In this document: positions 9,185-18,668 of the stretch, piece by piece | Position numbering within the stretch: the stretch's first letter is position 1 | Layout: each line of letters opens with the position of its first letter | Source of the DNA: Vulcanimicrobiota bacterium | GTDB taxonomy: Bacteria > Vulcanimicrobiota > Vulcanimicrobiia > Eremiobacterales > Eremiobacteraceae | Assembly (NCBI GenBank): GCA_963805945.1 | Contig: CAWDVP010000001.1 | Location: forward strand, 288,001-352,000 | Direction: 5' to 3' | Length of the DNA: 64,000 bases | Translations under genes and position numbers: made by a program | The notes under the pieces: generated by a model | Seen by the model: the letters and a program-made list of their open reading frames with translations, nothing else | What the model was told of the DNA's origin: nothing | Database searches by the model: none

Positions 9185-10320
9185 GCGACGCTGACCGTGG
9201 TCCCCCCGCGCAGCACGCGATCGGGGTCGTGCACCCGTATCTTGACGCCGAAGACGAGGTCGCCGCGGTCCTCCGGGGTCTGCACGTCGCGCGGCGTGAA
9301 CTGCGCGCTGTCGTCGATGGACTCGACCGCGCCGGTGAACGTGCGGCCCGGCAGCGCATCGGATCTGACGTTCACGGCCTTCCCGACGTTGAGCCCCCCG
9401 AGCGCGGACTGCGGCACGTAGATGCGCACGAACGGATCGATGAACTCGTTCACCGTCGCCACCGCGGCGCCGGCCGTCACGAGATCGCCCGGGCGCAGAT
9501 TTAAGTTCTGGATCGTGCCGTCCTGCGGCGCGCGGACGGTCATCTCGACGAGTCGCGCGTTCGCCGCGGCGACGCCCGCGCGCGCCGTCGTCACCGCCGC
9601 TTGCGCTTGCGCGATCTGGTCGGGCCGCGTGCCGGCGGCGATGAGCGCCGCGTTTGCGGCGGCCGCTTCGTATGCTTGGCGTGCGGCGTCCACGCCCTGC
9701 GGCACCGAGCCCGACTGGGCGGCATCCAACTGCGCCTGCGCCACCGCAAGCGCCGCTTGCGCTTGCCGGTCGGCGGACACCGCCTGGTCGACCGCCTGCG
9801 CCGACGTGTAGCCCTTCGCGAAGAGCTCTTTGGCGCGCGTCGCGTTGTTCGACGCTTCGGCGGCTGCGGCTTTCGCTTGCTGCACTTGCTGTTTCGAAGC
9901 ATCGATCTGGTGCGGCGCGGTTATCTGAGCCTGCTGGTAGACGTGTTGCGCCTGCGCGGCCTGGGCTTGCGCTTTAGCCGTGTCAGCCGGCCGAGGTCCG
10001 CGCCGCAGATCATCGAGCGTCGACTGCGCCTGCATGAGCGCGCCCTGCGCCTGACCGAGCGCGGCGCGTTGATCTTTGTCATCGAAGCGGACCAGCACTT
10101 GGTCCTTGTGCACGCGCGCGCCGTCGCTCACGAGCACTGCGACGACACGGCCGCCGACGGTGCTGCCGACATCCGCCGACTCGGCCTGCAGCGTGCCGCT
10201 ATAGCCGCTCGCGTTGCGCCCGCAGGCAGAGAGGCACATCAGAATGGAGACGACGAGAAGACCCAGGGTCGCTCGGGCATTACGGGCTCGAGCACGACAA
10301 ACCGGCGCGCGACATGCCAT
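9178..10320 (-). CDS. HlyD-family periplasmic adaptor (YbhG-like); start uncertain
   Basis: Lipoyl half-motifs, Ala/Gln coiled coil, AQFTPRDVQT. Confidence 0.88.
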   Translation of the reverse strand: MACRAPVCRARARNARATLGLLVVSILMCLSACGRNASGYSGTLQAESADVGSTVGGRVVAVLVSDGARVHKDQVLVRFDDKDQRAALGQAQGALMQAQSTLDDLRRGPRPADTAKAQAQAAQAQHVYQQAQITAPHQIDASKQQVQQAKAAAAEASNNATRAKELFAKGYTSAQAVDQAVSADRQAQAALAVAQAQLDAAQSGSVPQGVDAARQAYEAAAANAALIAAGTRPDQIAQAQAAVTTARAGVAAANARLVEMTVRAPQDGTIQNLNLRPGDLVTAGAAVATVNEFIDPFVRIYVPQSALGGLNVGKAVNVRSDALPGRTFTGAVESIDDSAQFTPRDVQTPEDRGDLVFGVKIRVHDPDRVLRGGTTVSVAW

Positions 10321-10325
10321 ACGGG

Positions 10326-11015
10326 CTAGATAGCCGAAAACGCCTCGTCGACCCTGCCGGCAAATCGCTCCCATGCGGCTTCGCCCGCGCCGGGTTGCGA
10401 CCGTTGTCCCCAGCACCCGATCACGTCATCCATGTCTTGGGACGAGAGGCCGCGTTCTAGCTCCTCGAGCGTGGCATAACGAGCGGACAAGAATTGGAAG
10501 AACTCTCGAGGGGCGCGCATCTCGCCGCGCGGCGTCGCGACGGCGACGTCGTTCCAGTGTCGCACGACGGTGGCGTACAGCGCCCACTCCATGTGGCTGC
10601 GCAGCAGCAGCTTCCTCCACATGGAGAGATCGAGCGCGGCGCCGTTCCACGATCCCTTCGGACAGACGACCTCTTCGCGAAACGTCACCGAGCCGTGCAC
10701 CAGCATCGCGGGAAAGACGCGACATTCGGCCGGCCTGTGCGGATAGATGTCACACAGGCTGATGCCGCCGATATCGGCGAGAAACGTGCACCGGGTGCCG
10801 TCCGAAGCCTCGCGCCGGGCGAGCACCAATGCGAACGTCGCCGTGTCGGCGCCGAGCCGGAAGCCGGCCGGGGTGGGCGCTGCCTCTTGCCCGATCACGA
10901 CGAACTTCTCCGGTGCGAGGCGCAGCGCCGACGCGATGCGCCGCACATCGTGACCGTTGAGGTTGACGGCGTAGCGCTTGCAGCACTGGCCGACGCAGGA
11001 TCCACACGGCTGCAT
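10326..11015 (-). CDS. YkgJ/FliB-like Cys-cluster (CxxCxxxCC) protein
   Basis: CGSCVGQCC, CTFL, CDIYPHRPAECRVFP. Confidence 0.82.
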   Translation of the reverse strand: MQPCGSCVGQCCKRYAVNLNGHDVRRIASALRLAPEKFVVIGQEAAPTPAGFRLGADTATFALVLARREASDGTRCTFLADIGGISLCDIYPHRPAECRVFPAMLVHGSVTFREEVVCPKGSWNGAALDLSMWRKLLLRSHMEWALYATVVRHWNDVAVATPRGEMRAPREFFQFLSARYATLEELERGLSSQDMDDVIGCWGQRSQPGAGEAAWERFAGRVDEAFSAI

Positions 11016-11078
11016 CGGGCCGAAGGTTCCGCTGCGTCGCGGCAGGGGCCTCCGCGCGTCGGTGGAACGCTTCGCCTC

Positions 11079-11759
11079 ATGCGTACATCACATTCCGCCC
11101 TCATCGCGGCTGTGGCCGCTTGTCTGCTCGCCCCTTCGCTCGCGCGTGCCGCCGACAAGACGCCCGCGCCGCCGCCGACGCCCGCGCCGGCGATGACCGC
11201 CGCCGAGACGCAGTTCGTCACGAAAGTCACGACGGATCTGCAGCATCGCTTCGCGACCACCGCCGCCGCTGCCGCAGCGGGCTACTTCCGCTATACGGAC
11301 GAGGATGACACCGGCGCCATCAGCTGGGTCAACACGTCCGATTGGAAGAGCGACGCGCAACATCCGAGCCAGCTCTGGTACGATGTGAACGGCCGGCTCA
11401 TCGGCGCCGACTTCTCCACCCCCAAGACCGACGCACGGCCGTCGCTGTGGGGCATCTCCCCGAGCCGCTGGATCGATTTCGAGGCGCACGCCCACTTCGG
11501 CGTGAAAACGCCGACGGGCGTGACGTATGGCGGATGGGGTTCCAAGACCGCGGCGAAATTCGGCGTGACGATCAGCGACCCGACGGCTGCCGACGTGGTG
11601 AAGATCGGCAAGGCCAAGAGCGCCGCCGACGTCGCTTTTGTCTTCCCGTTCCCGGCGCTGTGGGATCTGCAGATATGGCTCGTGCCGAATCCGCTCGGGG
11701 TGTTCGCCGAGCACAACCCCAGCGTGACGCCAAGCCCCAACGCCAAGATGGAGATGTAG
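11079..11759 (+). CDS. Secreted hypothetical protein
   Basis: Signal peptide (..LARA), Pro-rich linker, GC-typical codon usage. Confidence 0.75.
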   Translation: MRTSHSALIAAVAACLLAPSLARAADKTPAPPPTPAPAMTAAETQFVTKVTTDLQHRFATTAAAAAAGYFRYTDEDDTGAISWVNTSDWKSDAQHPSQLWYDVNGRLIGADFSTPKTDARPSLWGISPSRWIDFEAHAHFGVKTPTGVTYGGWGSKTAAKFGVTISDPTAADVVKIGKAKSAADVAFVFPFPALWDLQIWLVPNPLGVFAEHNPSVTPSPNAKMEM

Positions 11760-11773
11760 TGCCCAAACGGGTT

Positions 11774-11797
11774 GTAGTACCCGAGCGAAGCTCGGGG
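11774..11797 (+). repeat. REP-like palindrome, family C
   Basis: GTAGTA-CCCGAGC-GAA-GCTCGGG; inverse copy at 24193. Confidence 0.7.
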
Positions 11798-11806
11798 ATC
11801 TAGACG

Positions 11807-11832
11807 AGAAGCGCGCCAGGTGGCGCGCTTCT
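11807..11832. terminator. Hairpin between convergent genes (probably bidirectional terminator)
   Basis: AGAAGCGCGCCA-GG-TGGCGCGCTTCT. Confidence 0.7.
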
Positions 11833-11833
11833 T

Positions 11834-11926
11834 CTATTCGGCTTCGGCTGCGGGGAGCCGCCTGCCCGACGCCAGCCAGCCTGCGACGAGCAAGGCGAAT
11901 GCGGCGAATGAGGCGATCAATTCCAT
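11834..11926 (-). CDS. Small single-TM protein (30 aa), not in ORF track
   Basis: MELIASFAAFALLVAGWLASGRRLPAAEAE; TATGAT 6 nt before the ATG; stop abuts the terminator. Confidence 0.55.
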   Translation of the reverse strand: MELIASFAAFALLVAGWLASGRRLPAAEAE

Positions 11927-12019
11927 GGCCCCATCATAGCGGCGTTGCCCGCCGCCGGCTATGTGCACGTGTCGCACGATCGCCGGACGCGCTTCTACAG
12001 AGGGCCGGCTCCGCGTGGC

Positions 12020-13270
12020 CTAGAGCTGGTAGGCGACCTCGGCATGCTGCGAGACGTCGAGGCCACGCTCTTCCTCGCCTTGCGACACGCGCAGCGGCAC
12101 GATGCGTTCGACGGCCTTGAGGATGAGGAACGTCATCCCGCCCGAGTAGACCCACGACACCGCCACCGCGAGCGCCTGCACCGCCAACTGGTGGGGATTC
12201 CCCGCGAAAAGACCGTTCGCTCCGGCCGCGTTCACCGCCACTGTGGCGAATAGGCCGGTGGCGATCGCGCCCCAGGTCCCGCCCACGCCGTGAACCGCCC
12301 ACACATCGAGGGAGTCGTCGACGCTGTGCATGCGCTCGCGCCATTGGATCGCCAAATAGCAGACGATGCCGGCGCCGAAACCGATGAGGATCGCGCCGAG
12401 CGACGTCACGTAGCCGCACGCGGGCGTGATGGCGACGAGCCCCGCGACCGCTCCGGCGGTCGCGCCGAGCACGCTCGGCGTGCCCTTGCGCCACCAATGG
12501 ATCGTCATCCAGGTGAGCGCCGCCATCGCGGCCGCGAGGTTGGTGGAGACGAACGCGCTCGCCGCCAATCCGCCTGCCGAAAGCGCTGAACCCGCGTTGA
12601 AGCCGAACCATCCGAACCAGACCAGCACGCCGCCCAGGACGACGAGCGTCATGTTATGGGGCTCGGTGTTGCGGTCAGGCGCGACGCCGATGCGCCGGCC
12701 CAACACGAACGCCGCCACAAGCGCCGAGACGCCCGACGTGATGTGCACGACCGTGCCTCCGGCGAAATCCAGGGTGCCCAGCTTGTTGAGCCACCCGCCC
12801 TGGCCCCAGACCCAATGCGCGATGGGATCGTAGACGAACGTCGCCCACAGCAGCGTGAAGAGCACGAACGCCTTGAAGTGCTTGCGCTCCGCGAAACCGC
12901 CCGAGATCAGCGCCGGCGTGATCACGGCGAACATCATCTGGAACACGCAAAACGCGAGGTGCGGGATCGTCGGCGCGTACGACGAGGGGGTTTGCCCGAC
13001 GCCTTGCAGCCCGAGCCATTGCAGCCCCCCGATGATCCCGTGGAACGAACCGAGGAAATTGGCGTCGGGGCCGAACGCCAGCGTGTAGCCCCATAGCGCC
13101 CATTGGATGCTGATAAGGCATAGGATGAAGAAGCTGTGCATGAGCGTCGCGAGCGCGTTCTTGCGCCGGACGAGGCCGCCGTAGAAAAAGCCGACCGCGG
13201 GGGTCATGAGCATGACCAACGCGGCGGAAGCGAGCACCCAAGCGGTGTCGCCGGCGCTGATTGCGTGCAT
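12020..13270 (-). CDS. amtB: Ammonium transporter
   Basis: GDTAWVL, FQMMFA, DFAGGTVVH, WFGWFGFNAGS, DDSLDV..VHG; AAGGAGG RBS. Confidence 0.96.
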   Translation of the reverse strand: MHAISAGDTAWVLASAALVMLMTPAVGFFYGGLVRRKNALATLMHSFFILCLISIQWALWGYTLAFGPDANFLGSFHGIIGGLQWLGLQGVGQTPSSYAPTIPHLAFCVFQMMFAVITPALISGGFAERKHFKAFVLFTLLWATFVYDPIAHWVWGQGGWLNKLGTLDFAGGTVVHITSGVSALVAAFVLGRRIGVAPDRNTEPHNMTLVVLGGVLVWFGWFGFNAGSALSAGGLAASAFVSTNLAAAMAALTWMTIHWWRKGTPSVLGATAGAVAGLVAITPACGYVTSLGAILIGFGAGIVCYLAIQWRERMHSVDDSLDVWAVHGVGGTWGAIATGLFATVAVNAAGANGLFAGNPHQLAVQALAVAVSWVYSGGMTFLILKAVERIVPLRVSQGEEERGLDVSQHAEVAYQL

Positions 13271-13423
13271 CGGCGCGACCTCCTTGGGACCACAGTATAG
13301 CGCGGCGCGCGACGAAATGCTTTCGACGAATGTCGAAGCGTGCAGCGCGACATGCAGCCACTTGTCTACTCGAGAGACCCGCAGGACGAGGTCGCCCCGG
13401 CGAGCACCGCCAAAGCGACCGGT

Positions 13424-14998
13424 ATGCGACCGCTCGTGCTCGTGGCAGAACCGCTCGCCGTAGAAGGCATCGCCGTCCTGCGCGAGGGCGGCGTCGAGGT
13501 GCGCGAAGCATTCGACCAGTCGAGGAGCGCCCTGAAGGCGCTGCTGCACGATGCGCACGCGCTGATCGTGCGCAGCAAGACGACCGTGGACGCCGACATG
13601 CTCGACGGCGCCCCATCGCTGCGCGTCGTCGGCCGAGCGGGCGTCGGAGTGGACGCGATCGATGTCGTGGCCGCCACGCGCGCCGGCATCGTGGTGCTCA
13701 ACACGCCGGATGCGAGCACGCTGGCGACGGCAGAGCACACCATGGCCGTCTTGCTGGCGCTCTGCCGCAACGTGAGCGCCGGTCACGCGCGCGTGCTCGC
13801 CGGGCAATGGAGCGCCAAAGGACTCATCGGAACCGAACTCGCGGGTAAGACCCTCGGTATCGTCGGGCTCGGTCGCATCGGCGCGGCCGTCGCCGCGCGT
13901 GCGCGCGCGTTCGCCATGAACGTGCTGGCGCACGACGCCTTCGTCAGCGAGGCGCGGGCCGAGTCTCTCGGCGCACGGCTCGTGCCCTTGGACGAATTGT
14001 TGAAGCGCGCTGATTTCGTGACGCTGCACGCGCCGCTCACGCCGCAGACGCAGGGTCTCATTGGCGCCGATCAGCTTGCGCTGATGAAACCCGCCGCGCG
14101 GCTCGTCAACTGTGCGCGCGGCGGCTTGGTCGTCGAGGAAGCGCTGCTCGCCGCCCTCGACGCAGGCACGATCGCCGGTGCGGCGCTCGATGTCGTCCGT
14201 GACGAACCGCCGCCGCCCGGGCATCCTGTGTGGCGGCTGCTGCAACACCCACACGTCTTCGCGACGCCGCACCTCGCGGGCTCGACCCACGAGGCGCAAG
14301 CACGCATCGCCGCCGACCTGTGCCGCGACGTCGTCGCCGTGCTCTGCGGCCAACCGCCGTCGGCGGCCGTCAATGCGCCGGTCGCCGCATCGCTGGAGGC
14401 GCGACCGTTCGTGGAGCTTGCGCATGCCCTTGGTCGCGCGTACCCGCAGCTCTCGCACGAGCCGGCGCTGCCCGCGTTCTCGTTGGTGCTCGAGGGCGAG
14501 TTGGCCGCGCACAATCCTCGCCCGTTCGCCGCCGCGTTCCTCCACGGGCTGCTCGGAAACGTGACCGACCGGCGCGTCTCGTCGGTCAACGCCGAGCAGG
14601 TCGCTGCCGAGATGGGCATCGCGCTCGAGATCTTGAGCGCGCCGTGCGAGCGGGGTTTCGCGCGCGCGCTGCTCGTGCGCGGCGGCAAGACGGCGCTTGC
14701 GGGCACGGTGGTGCACGGCGCGCAGCTGCGCATGGTCGAGATCGACGGTTTCGAGGTCGATTGCGCGCCGCAGGGCCACTCCATCGTGACGCGCCATCCC
14801 GACGTCCCCGGCATCGTGGGCAAGGCGGGCACGATACTCGGCGACGCTGCGATGAATATCTCGACGATGAACGTCGCCCGCCGCGAGGACGGAGAGGCGC
14901 TCATGCTGCTCGCGGTCGATCGGGCGCCGCCCGAATCCGTGCTCGCCGAACTGCGGCGCATCGCGGGCATGCGTGATGTCCGGGGCATCGAGCTGTGA
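13424..14998 (+). CDS. serA: D-3-phosphoglycerate dehydrogenase (with ACT domain)
   Basis: GRAGVGVD, GLGRIG, NCARGG, TPHLAGST, C-terminal DVPGIVG ACT. Confidence 0.93.
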   Translation: MRPLVLVAEPLAVEGIAVLREGGVEVREAFDQSRSALKALLHDAHALIVRSKTTVDADMLDGAPSLRVVGRAGVGVDAIDVVAATRAGIVVLNTPDASTLATAEHTMAVLLALCRNVSAGHARVLAGQWSAKGLIGTELAGKTLGIVGLGRIGAAVAARARAFAMNVLAHDAFVSEARAESLGARLVPLDELLKRADFVTLHAPLTPQTQGLIGADQLALMKPAARLVNCARGGLVVEEALLAALDAGTIAGAALDVVRDEPPPPGHPVWRLLQHPHVFATPHLAGSTHEAQARIAADLCRDVVAVLCGQPPSAAVNAPVAASLEARPFVELAHALGRAYPQLSHEPALPAFSLVLEGELAAHNPRPFAAAFLHGLLGNVTDRRVSSVNAEQVAAEMGIALEILSAPCERGFARALLVRGGKTALAGTVVHGAQLRMVEIDGFEVDCAPQGHSIVTRHPDVPGIVGKAGTILGDAAMNISTMNVARREDGEALMLLAVDRAPPESVLAELRRIAGMRDVRGIEL

Positions 14999-15627
14999 CG
15001 CTGTACTTCGTGCGCCACGGCGAATCGACGTGGAACGTCGAGGGCCGTTTCCAGGGCAGGCGCGACGTGCCGCTCTCGCCGCTCGGTATGCGCCAGGCGG
15101 AGGCCGTAGCCGCTGTCATGGCGTCGACCGAGCATCCGCGCGCCATCGTGTCCAGCCCGCTGCAACGCGCCCGGCGCACCGCCGAAGCGATCGGCGCCGC
15201 GTGCGGGCTGCCGATCGATATCGACGACCGTTTGATGGAGATCTCGCACGGGGCGTGGGAAGGATTGCTCGAGGGCGAAGTCGCTCGCCGCTGGCCGATC
15301 ATGGTGGAGCAGTGGCACACGTCGCCGGCGACGGTGGAATTTCCCGACGGCGAGTCGCTGCTGCAGGTCCGCACCCGCTTCGAGTCCTTCCTCGGCGAGG
15401 CGCAGGCGTATGCCTCACCGCTCGTCGTGTGCACGCACGATGTGATCGTGCGTCTGGCGTCGCTCTGGGCGTCGCACCAGCCGATCGAACGTTTCTTCGC
15501 GATGAAGACCGAGAATGCGGCGATCACCGAGATCCGATGGGAAGAGGGCGTGCCGCGACTGGCGCGCCACAACGACGCCGGCCATCTCGGTGGGCTTCGC
15601 AGCGATTTGGCGCGCCAAGCGCTCTGA
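14995..15627 (+). CDS. Histidine phosphatase (PGM-like), candidate phosphoserine phosphatase
   Basis: RHGES.WN...QG, SSPLQRA, HGAWEG, GES; GTGA overlap with serA. Confidence 0.88.
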   Translation: MTLYFVRHGESTWNVEGRFQGRRDVPLSPLGMRQAEAVAAVMASTEHPRAIVSSPLQRARRTAEAIGAACGLPIDIDDRLMEISHGAWEGLLEGEVARRWPIMVEQWHTSPATVEFPDGESLLQVRTRFESFLGEAQAYASPLVVCTHDVIVRLASLWASHQPIERFFAMKTENAAITEIRWEEGVPRLARHNDAGHLGGLRSDLARQAL

Positions 15628-15643
15628 CGCCGGCACGGTCAAT

Positions 15644-15669
15644 GTAGGGGTCGACCTTTAGGTCGGCCC
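15644..15669 (+). repeat. REP-like palindrome, family B
   Basis: GTAGGGGTCGACCT-TT-AGGTCGGCCC. Confidence 0.82.
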
Positions 15670-15670
15670 T

Positions 15671-15739
15671 TATTAATTCCTTAGTTGACAAGGCCGTCTC
15701 GGCTATAGTAGAGTATCCCCAACTACTAATTCCTTAATA
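15671..15739 (+). promoter_or_regulatory. BlaI-type promoter with two operator copies
   Basis: TTGACA at 15685; AYTAA-TTCC-TTART at 15672-15685 and 15725-15738. Confidence 0.6.
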
Positions 15740-15744
15740 TCCTA

Positions 15745-16146
15745 GTGGGGTGCCGCGCGTTGGCTCGCAAGAAGTCGCCGATCCTCACCGAGGCGGAGTT
15801 GCGTCTCATGTCGGTCCTGTGGGATCGGCAGAGCGCGACCGTGGGCGAGGTCCTCGCAGGTCTCACCGGTGACACGGCGCTCGCCTACAGCACCGTGCTC
15901 ACAACCCTTAGAATCCTCGAGCAAAAAGGCTACGTCGCGCACTCCGAGTCCGGGCGCGCCTTCGTCTATCGCCCGCTGATCGATCGCGACGAGGCGCGGC
16001 GCAGCGCCACGCAGCAGTTGGTGCGCCGCTTCTTCGACAACTCGCCCGGGCTCTTGGCGTTGAGCCTGCTCGAGGGGGAAGACCTCGACGAAGCCGAGCT
16101 CGCGCGGCTCAAAGCCTTGATCGAGCGCGCCACGGAGGACGTATGA
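15745..16146 (+). CDS. BlaI/MecI/CopY-family repressor
   Basis: LTEAEL.LM.VLW, LAYSTVLT.LRILEQKG, GRAFVYRP. Confidence 0.93.
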   Translation: MGCRALARKKSPILTEAELRLMSVLWDRQSATVGEVLAGLTGDTALAYSTVLTTLRILEQKGYVAHSESGRAFVYRPLIDRDEARRSATQQLVRRFFDNSPGLLALSLLEGEDLDEAELARLKALIERATEDV

Positions 16147-18035
16147 TGCACCTGCTCGTGCAGCTCGGCGAGCTCTTCGCGCGCGTGAGCGTCGGCGCGA
16201 TCCTCAACTCGCTGTGGGAAGGCGTCGCTCTCGCCGTGCTCGCCTGGCTGCTGCTGCGCAGCGTGCCGCGCGGCAGCGCGTCATTGCGCTACGGCCTCTG
16301 GTGCGCGGCGCTCGTCGCCGTGCTCGCGCTGCCGGTCGTGGCGCTCCACCCGTTCGCAGGACCCGCGGCAAGCGCAGCGGCCACCGGCGCAGAGCCGCCG
16401 GTGCTCGTGCCGCAGCGGCTCGCACAGCTCATGTTCGCGCTGTGGTATATCGTCGCGACCGCGTTGCTGCTGCGGCTCATCATCAGCTACGTCCGGCTGC
16501 AGCAGCTCAAGGCGAGCACGCGGCCGATCCCGACCCTGTATCAACACCGCGTGCGCCGCTGGCTCGAGGAGTCCGGCGGGCGCCGCGAGTGCCGCCTGTG
16601 CCTGTCCGACAAGGTGCCGATGCCGGTGGCCATCGGCTTGTTCGACCCGGTCATCGTGCTGCCCGAACGGCTGTTGGAGCAGCTCTCTGACGACGAGCTC
16701 GATCAGGTCGGACTCCACGAGCTCGCGCACCTGCAGCGCTGGGACGACTACACCAACGTCTTCCAGAAGATCGCCGAGGCGCTGCTCTTCTTCAACCCGG
16801 CGGTCTATTTCATCGGTCGTCAGCTCACGCTCGAGCGCGAGATCGCCTGCGACGACCGCGTCATCGCGACGACGCGGAAACCGCTCACCTATGCCGCCTG
16901 CCTCACCCGGTTGGTGGAGGAGACGGCGCTCGCGCGGCAATCGCTGCCGGCGCTCGGCGCGGTCTCGACGCGCCGCCAGATCGCCATCCGCATCGAGCGT
17001 CTGCTCGACAAGCGGCGCGCACTACCGCTCGCGTCTGGTCTTGCGGCATTGGCCGCGTGCTGTGCCATCGCCGCCGGGCTTGTGACGGCATTGCACGCGC
17101 GCCCCTTGGTGGGCATCGCGCCGGACTACTCAGGCTCGCGGCCGCACGCCGCCCGAATCGCGACGCGCCCGACCGATCTCATCGCACGTATTCTCGTCAC
17201 CTCGCAGCGCCCGGCGGCTCACGCCGCCGTCACGGCCTCGACGCTTCCCATGGCCATCATCGGCCGGGTTGACGTCGAAGTGCGCCGCGTGCACGCTGTT
17301 GCGCGTTCCAACGCCGTGGGAGCGCGCAACTTCACCGCCGCCATCGCTAGGGCAGAGCGCAGCGCACAGGCAACGCAGGCTGACGAGCGAGTCGCCGAGA
17401 TCGCGCAGGTCGACGTCCATGTCGATGCACACGCCGCGTCCGCGCCGTCTGCCGAGTCCGTAATGTCCGACGAGTCCGTCGCCTCAATGGCGAGCGACAA
17501 CGACCTCGCTCCGACGGCCACGACGCCAACCACGACGCACACCGAGATCGCGGCGCTCACCTGCTCACTCAAAGCAGCGCAGAGCGCGATCTCGCGGCTG
17601 GATGCCCTGCGCGCGCTCAGCCAACACGTCGAGCAAGCAGAGGCTCGCGCGGCGATCGTCGGCGCGCTGCTCCATGACTCGTCGCCACTCGTCCAGCTGC
17701 AGGCGATCCATGTGCTCGCACATGACGCCGTTCATCCGGATTCGCAAGCGGGCCTCGTCGAGGCGCTGCGCACCTCGGAATCGTCGCACATCAAGGTCAT
17801 AATCATCTCATTGCTGGCGGACAAGGCCCGCGACGTGCAGGTCCGCAAGGGGCTGACGACCGCGCTGCTGGGTGATGGCTCTCTGCACGTCCAGCTCGCC
17901 GCGGTTGAGGCGCTCGCGCCCGTCGCCGACGATCCCGAAGTGCGAGCCGCGCTCCAAGAGGCGGGCGGCTACAGCACTTCCAACTTGCTGCGTCTGAGCA
18001 TCAGGCGGGTGCTCGCGCAATTCGAGCAGCGCTAG
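16143..18035 (+). CDS. BlaR1-like M56 metallopeptidase with C-terminal HEAT-like repeats
   Basis: HELAH, FFNP, EREIACD; repeated 'VQL.A..L' helical units at C-terminus. Confidence 0.88.
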   Translation: MMHLLVQLGELFARVSVGAILNSLWEGVALAVLAWLLLRSVPRGSASLRYGLWCAALVAVLALPVVALHPFAGPAASAAATGAEPPVLVPQRLAQLMFALWYIVATALLLRLIISYVRLQQLKASTRPIPTLYQHRVRRWLEESGGRRECRLCLSDKVPMPVAIGLFDPVIVLPERLLEQLSDDELDQVGLHELAHLQRWDDYTNVFQKIAEALLFFNPAVYFIGRQLTLEREIACDDRVIATTRKPLTYAACLTRLVEETALARQSLPALGAVSTRRQIAIRIERLLDKRRALPLASGLAALAACCAIAAGLVTALHARPLVGIAPDYSGSRPHAARIATRPTDLIARILVTSQRPAAHAAVTASTLPMAIIGRVDVEVRRVHAVARSNAVGARNFTAAIARAERSAQATQADERVAEIAQVDVHVDAHAASAPSAESVMSDESVASMASDNDLAPTATTPTTTHTEIAALTCSLKAAQSAISRLDALRALSQHVEQAEARAAIVGALLHDSSPLVQLQAIHVLAHDAVHPDSQAGLVEALRTSESSHIKVIIISLLADKARDVQVRKGLTTALLGDGSLHVQLAAVEALAPVADDPEVRAALQEAGGYSTSNLLRLSIRRVLAQFEQR

Positions 18036-18048
18036 GGCGCGAACGAAA

Positions 18049-18093
18049 GGGCCGATCTAAAGATCGGCCCCTGCACCCAAGATCGGCCCCTAC
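18049..18093 (-). repeat. REP-like family B, full copy plus tandem half copy
   Basis: GGGCCGATCT-AA-AGATCGGCCCCTGC then AAGATCGGCCCCTAC. Confidence 0.8.
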
Positions 18094-18094
18094 A

Positions 18095-18589
18095 TCAATC
18101 CTTGAGCGCTTCGAAGCGCACCCGTTCGATCGTGTCGCCCACCTTGATCTTCTGCACCTTGTCCATGCCTTCGGTCACCTGGCCGAAGACCGTGTACTTG
18201 TTGTCCAAGAACGGCGCCGCTTCGAGGCAGATATAGAACTGCGAGCCGGCTGAATTCGGCGATTCCGCCCGCGCCATCGCGACCGTGCCCTGCACGTGCT
18301 TGTTCGCGTTGAACTCTTCGCGCAGATTGTATCCCGGGCCGCCGCGACCCGTTCCCTCCGGGCAGCCGCCCTGCACGACGAATCCAGGTTCGACCCGATG
18401 GAACGTCAGGCCGTCGTAGAATCCGTCGCGCCCGAGCTTGATGAAAGCGGCCACGGTCGTCGGCGCATCGTTCGGGTAGAACTTGAAGACGATGTCGCCA
18501 TACTTGGTGGTGATGCGGGCTGCGAGTTTCCTCGCCTCGTCGGAGAGCGAGCTCACCTCATCGGCGGTCGGCGGCGTACGTGCTGGCAT
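18095..18589 (-). CDS. Cyclophilin-type peptidyl-prolyl isomerase
   Basis: FYDGLTFHRV..FVVQGG, AMAR..SAGSQFYI, YTVFG. Confidence 0.95.
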   Translation of the reverse strand: MPARTPPTADEVSSLSDEARKLAARITTKYGDIVFKFYPNDAPTTVAAFIKLGRDGFYDGLTFHRVEPGFVVQGGCPEGTGRGGPGYNLREEFNANKHVQGTVAMARAESPNSAGSQFYICLEAAPFLDNKYTVFGQVTEGMDKVQKIKVGDTIERVRFEALKD

Positions 18590-18668
18590 CGGGGCTCCTC
18601 CTCTTAAGGATGGGCTATGGATTGCGCGGCTGGTGGGGCCGACCCTACTTGGCGGGGAATGAATCGGG

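Noticed and set aside
12020..14797. 925-aa AmtB with long N-terminal extension
   Set aside because: The extension is the antisense shadow of serA; the true start with RBS is at 13270.
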